Below, one piece after another: positions 61,102 to 64,000 of a stretch of 64,000 bases of DNA. This DNA is from Rhizodiscina lignyota. Its lineage: Eukaryota. The stretch spans positions 1,116,001 through 1,180,000 of the forward strand of contig ML978129.1 of assembly GCA_010015805.1 (NCBI GenBank), read 5' to 3'. Within the stretch, counting starts at the first letter, position 1, and the number at the start of each line of letters is the position of its first letter. A model generated the notes under the pieces. The model saw only the letters and a program-made list of their open reading frames with translations. It was not told the origin of the DNA and ran no database searches. The translations under genes were made by a program, and so were the position numbers.

Positions 61102-62266
61102 TTATAAGAGAGTAAACACTGTGATTCCGAGACCCGCACGAGGAATCCTCTTGCAATCATAATGCATGCTTTGCCATTCCCACTTAACTCTCTTGGGTTC
61201 AAGATCTTCATTCATAAACGGTACGCCGGCATCTAGATCATCAGATTCAGACCAGTCATGCTCTGCGAGAACTTTGTTGAATTCAAAGGCATCGAACCAT
61301 AGCCGGCCCGCACCAGATCGCTCACACGCTGCCTTGAGCTCTTGTATTTCCGCACGAGTAGACTCCAAGCCTCCCGGAAGAAGCAGTTTGAGGCACAGGA
61401 GAGGTTTGTGCAGGATTGTGTTGTATAGCAGCATCTGAGCGGGAGTGCTAGTGTAACGGCGTCGGAGCATTAGTGGATGTTCATCGGGTGGCGTTCTGCG
61501 ATTGTAGCCCTCTACAGTATGTTGAATGGCATCAATGCGGAAGGGGCTCCATGGATAGATGTATAACTGCCATTGACGCTCAATCCGATGACTCATAGTA
61601 TACTCATCCAAACGTTCGGGAACGTAATTAGGTAACTGTTCGACTATTGCCTGTGGCAATTTGCAGCTCCTGTTGCCTTCCAGAGGAAGGCAAAAATAGT
61701 ATGAAATTTATTCGGGTTTCCATTGTGAGCTGCTTCGGGGCTGCTGAGACTTCCAGTGCCGCGTCGATGTTGTGATGGAAGAGCTCACAGTAAATCCAAT
61801 GATTCAAGAACATGGTCTCGAAGTCCGTAAAACCTAGATCGCTCCAGCTCTCCCGTGAAGGACCATTAACGGCTGCAGCAAATTGGCATACCATTTCATC
61901 GGCCATACGACACATAGGATACAAGAGCTCGTACTTTGCAGAATTCAACACTCTTGCATCCTGCAGACTCATCCGGCCCTCCATGGTGCAGAGTTCGAAC
62001 ACGCCAACAATTCCTCCCTTTATCGCTTTCCGTAATGCCAATTCATTGTCGGTGTTGGTCACGGCCCAGTCCGCCAAGGATCGCGCAGAGCCAGCAATTA
62101 GAAGATCATGGCGGTACCAAAAATCCGGGCGAAGTTTCGCTTTGCTGCTCGCACAGGTTTTGTAGAATGCGCGAGATGTTCGGAGAAGAGAGTACAGATC
62201 CTTGAGGGAGTAGAGGTAGTCTGGAAGAAGAGTAATGATATCCACGGGAAGTTCGTCGAGCCTCAT
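61102..62266 (-). pseudogene. F-box-like domain protein with an apparent 1-nt frameshift near 61692-61696
   Basis: N-terminal MRLDELPVDIITLLPDYL..DLYSLLRTSR is F-box-like. Removing one T from the T5 run joins the two ORFs (FILFCLPLEGNRSCKLPQAI); no usable GT donor nearby. Confidence 0.65.
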
Positions 62267-63565
62267 GATGGGTAGTATGAGTTATTTTTTCACGAGTTCG
62301 TCTTGCTTTGCGCTGGGGATGAAGAGTATGTGAAGCAGAGTAGAGTTGAAGTAGAGTAGAGCTAAAGTAGCGTAAAGTAGCGTAAAGCAGAAACACAGTG
62401 AAGTGGAGATGGAGTAGAACAAACATTGCGACTCAGTGGCCTTGCAGACCATACAGGGTCGGTATCAATCGCACCCGACTTATAGTCCGCTTCATTCAGC
62501 GGTTCGTGCGAAGAGGCTGGTGGAGAAACCTGGCAATCGAAGGCCTCAAGGACTGATCTCAGGCTCAAAGAGATCGGAGGAAGTGAATGAATTGGACTAG
62601 CAACGACACGACGGTTTCATACGAGTGACAGTTGCTAGTTGTTGGAAGTAGTTGTGGTCAGTTGGTGGCCAATTGTCGGAGCACACAAGTAGATTGATCA
62701 AGGAAAGAAGTCTACGAGGAGAAAGAAAAGCTGAAATACGCTGTGCGGTGCTGACGTCGGTGGCGCCGCACCTAACACCTCCCAACACAAACAACACTGA
62801 AGCGCTGCAGGTCTCTACGGTCGGCTGCCAAAGACGAAATCTGGTGATAATTCCAGAGTCGTTTGGGAATCTTGCGTAGGTAGTGGTTTATTCTGAGAAT
62901 AGCTAGCGTATTTTGAAAACAGTTAAATTATAGGACTACTCCACAAATGCATTAGCTTCTTCTATTCATAGCCTTCGCCGAACTGCATCGTTTCTACCGT
63001 TGATTCAAGCAATCCCCCTGACCATATTCATGTATCGAGATGCCAAACAGTGGGTGTAGTGGCAGCATGAACCAAAAGATCGCAACTTTGTGTGCTTGCA
63101 ATGAGCCCGGCGGAGATGCGACCGCGTTTTGAGAAGGGAGGATTCTGGGACCCACAATCTGCTATCTCCTATCTTCACTGGAATCCTTCCGCAAGAGTTT
63201 TCTAACTCAGTATTTCTCTAGAGCCGCAGCGATCACTGTACCTTGACTCGGTAGAGAAGCCTTATCTCTGCTTCCTTGCCGGCGTTCGGCATCAGACTCC
63301 GAGACGTATCAAGAATCACCGAAGTCTCGCTTGCGACCTTGGATTGCGACTCAGAACTCAAGCAATACTTTCGGGATTATACGATTCTCAGTAATAAGGC
63401 CAAGCTTTCATCGCCGAACAAGCTTCGCATACAAGCTTCCTAGACCTCTCGCAGTATCAATCGGAGTTCTATTAAAATAGTCACTCCACGGCGTGATGGC
63501 AAGTATTCGGATGAAGGTTTCAATAGAGATTTCTTTCAAATTCCTCGTCATACTTGTCAGTTGCA

Positions 63566-64000
63566 ATGGGCAATCCTGCATTTGAACTCCTCACTCCTGG
63601 AGCAGGGTATGGCATCGTCATTGGTCTCGGAGTTGGATTCGCTTTTGTGATGGTGGCTTTGACTCTCGTTCAGAATCGATATGGAACCCATAATACGTTC
63701 AAGTCGACGGAAGAATTCAATGCAGCATCCAGATCTATCAAACCAGGAATGATCGCAGGTACGCCTTTCTCAGAGCCCCTTAAACTGTTCTAAGGCTAAG
63801 CGATACAGCGGGCATCGTCTCGAGCTGGACTCACGCATCGACACTTTTGACGTCTTGCACGTTGGCCTTCTCTTATGGAGTGTCCGGTGGCCTATGGTAC
63901 GGAGCGTTTGGGACGTTTCAGACACTCCTTTTCGCTGTGACCGCATTCAAGATTAAAGAACAGTCCAATAACGCCCATACATTTCCAGGTACGAATTGGC
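63566..64000 (+). CDS. Urea/polyamine active transporter (Dur3-like, sodium:solute symporter family), 5' part only
   Basis: LTPGAGYGIVIGLG, EEFNAASRSIKPGMIA/AGIVSSWT..TLLTS..YGVSGGLWYGA..NAHTFP; intron 63759-63808; a second intron starts at 63989 and runs off the window. Confidence 0.9.

Noticed and set aside
62335..62390. Short GTAGA / TAAAGTAGCG repeats
   Set aside because: Only 2-3 imperfect copies in a 5' UTR-like region; not an array and not CRISPR-like.
62880..63565. Possible TPP riboswitch upstream of the Dur3-family gene (some fungal members carry one)
   Set aside because: Only an isolated CTGAGA near 62893; no downstream aptamer core seen. A few GATA-type sites are present but not clearly enriched.
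1..64000. tRNA, 5S rRNA, telomeric repeats, transposons, clear RIP tracts
   Set aside because: GGTTCGA hits lack cloverleaf context; no transposase or RT motifs, terminal repeats or long AT-rich tracts seen by eye. tRNAscan-SE, Infernal and RepeatMasker were not run.

Overview
Gene-dense, intron-containing genomic DNA from a filamentous ascomycete (Pezizomycotina; Dothideomycete-like is my impression, not tested). About 35 protein-coding loci. Conserved housekeeping genes include RPS8, MTQ2, SDH7, UTP7, TSR1, SEC14, CCR4, an LYRM5-type gene, acrB and the 5' end of a DUR3-type transporter. Three accessory blocks lie between them. (1) 7.6-10.1 kb: a modular Ser/Thr-rich ORF in which C-x9-C units alternate with signal-peptide-like hydrophobic spacers; it has an in-frame TGA and a decayed sister copy nearby. 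(2) 13-25 kb: a candidate catabolic cluster (Zn-dependent dehydrogenase, Dal5-type MFS, frameshifted 3beta-HSD/ERG26-like SDR, FMN alpha-hydroxy-acid oxidase, Zn2Cys6 factor, methyltransferase) with four perfect TCGTACGA palindromes in one divergent promoter. (3) 29-39 kb: a same-strand array of Gly/Met/Arg low-complexity genes. Two share an identically spaced 8-ligand Cys/His domain visible only after splicing. Beside them are a decayed member, an ankyrin fragment and a spliced Zn2Cys6-ankyrin fusion. No tRNA, rRNA, CRISPR array or recognisable transposon was found by eye. All gene models were spliced by hand and no database searches were run.
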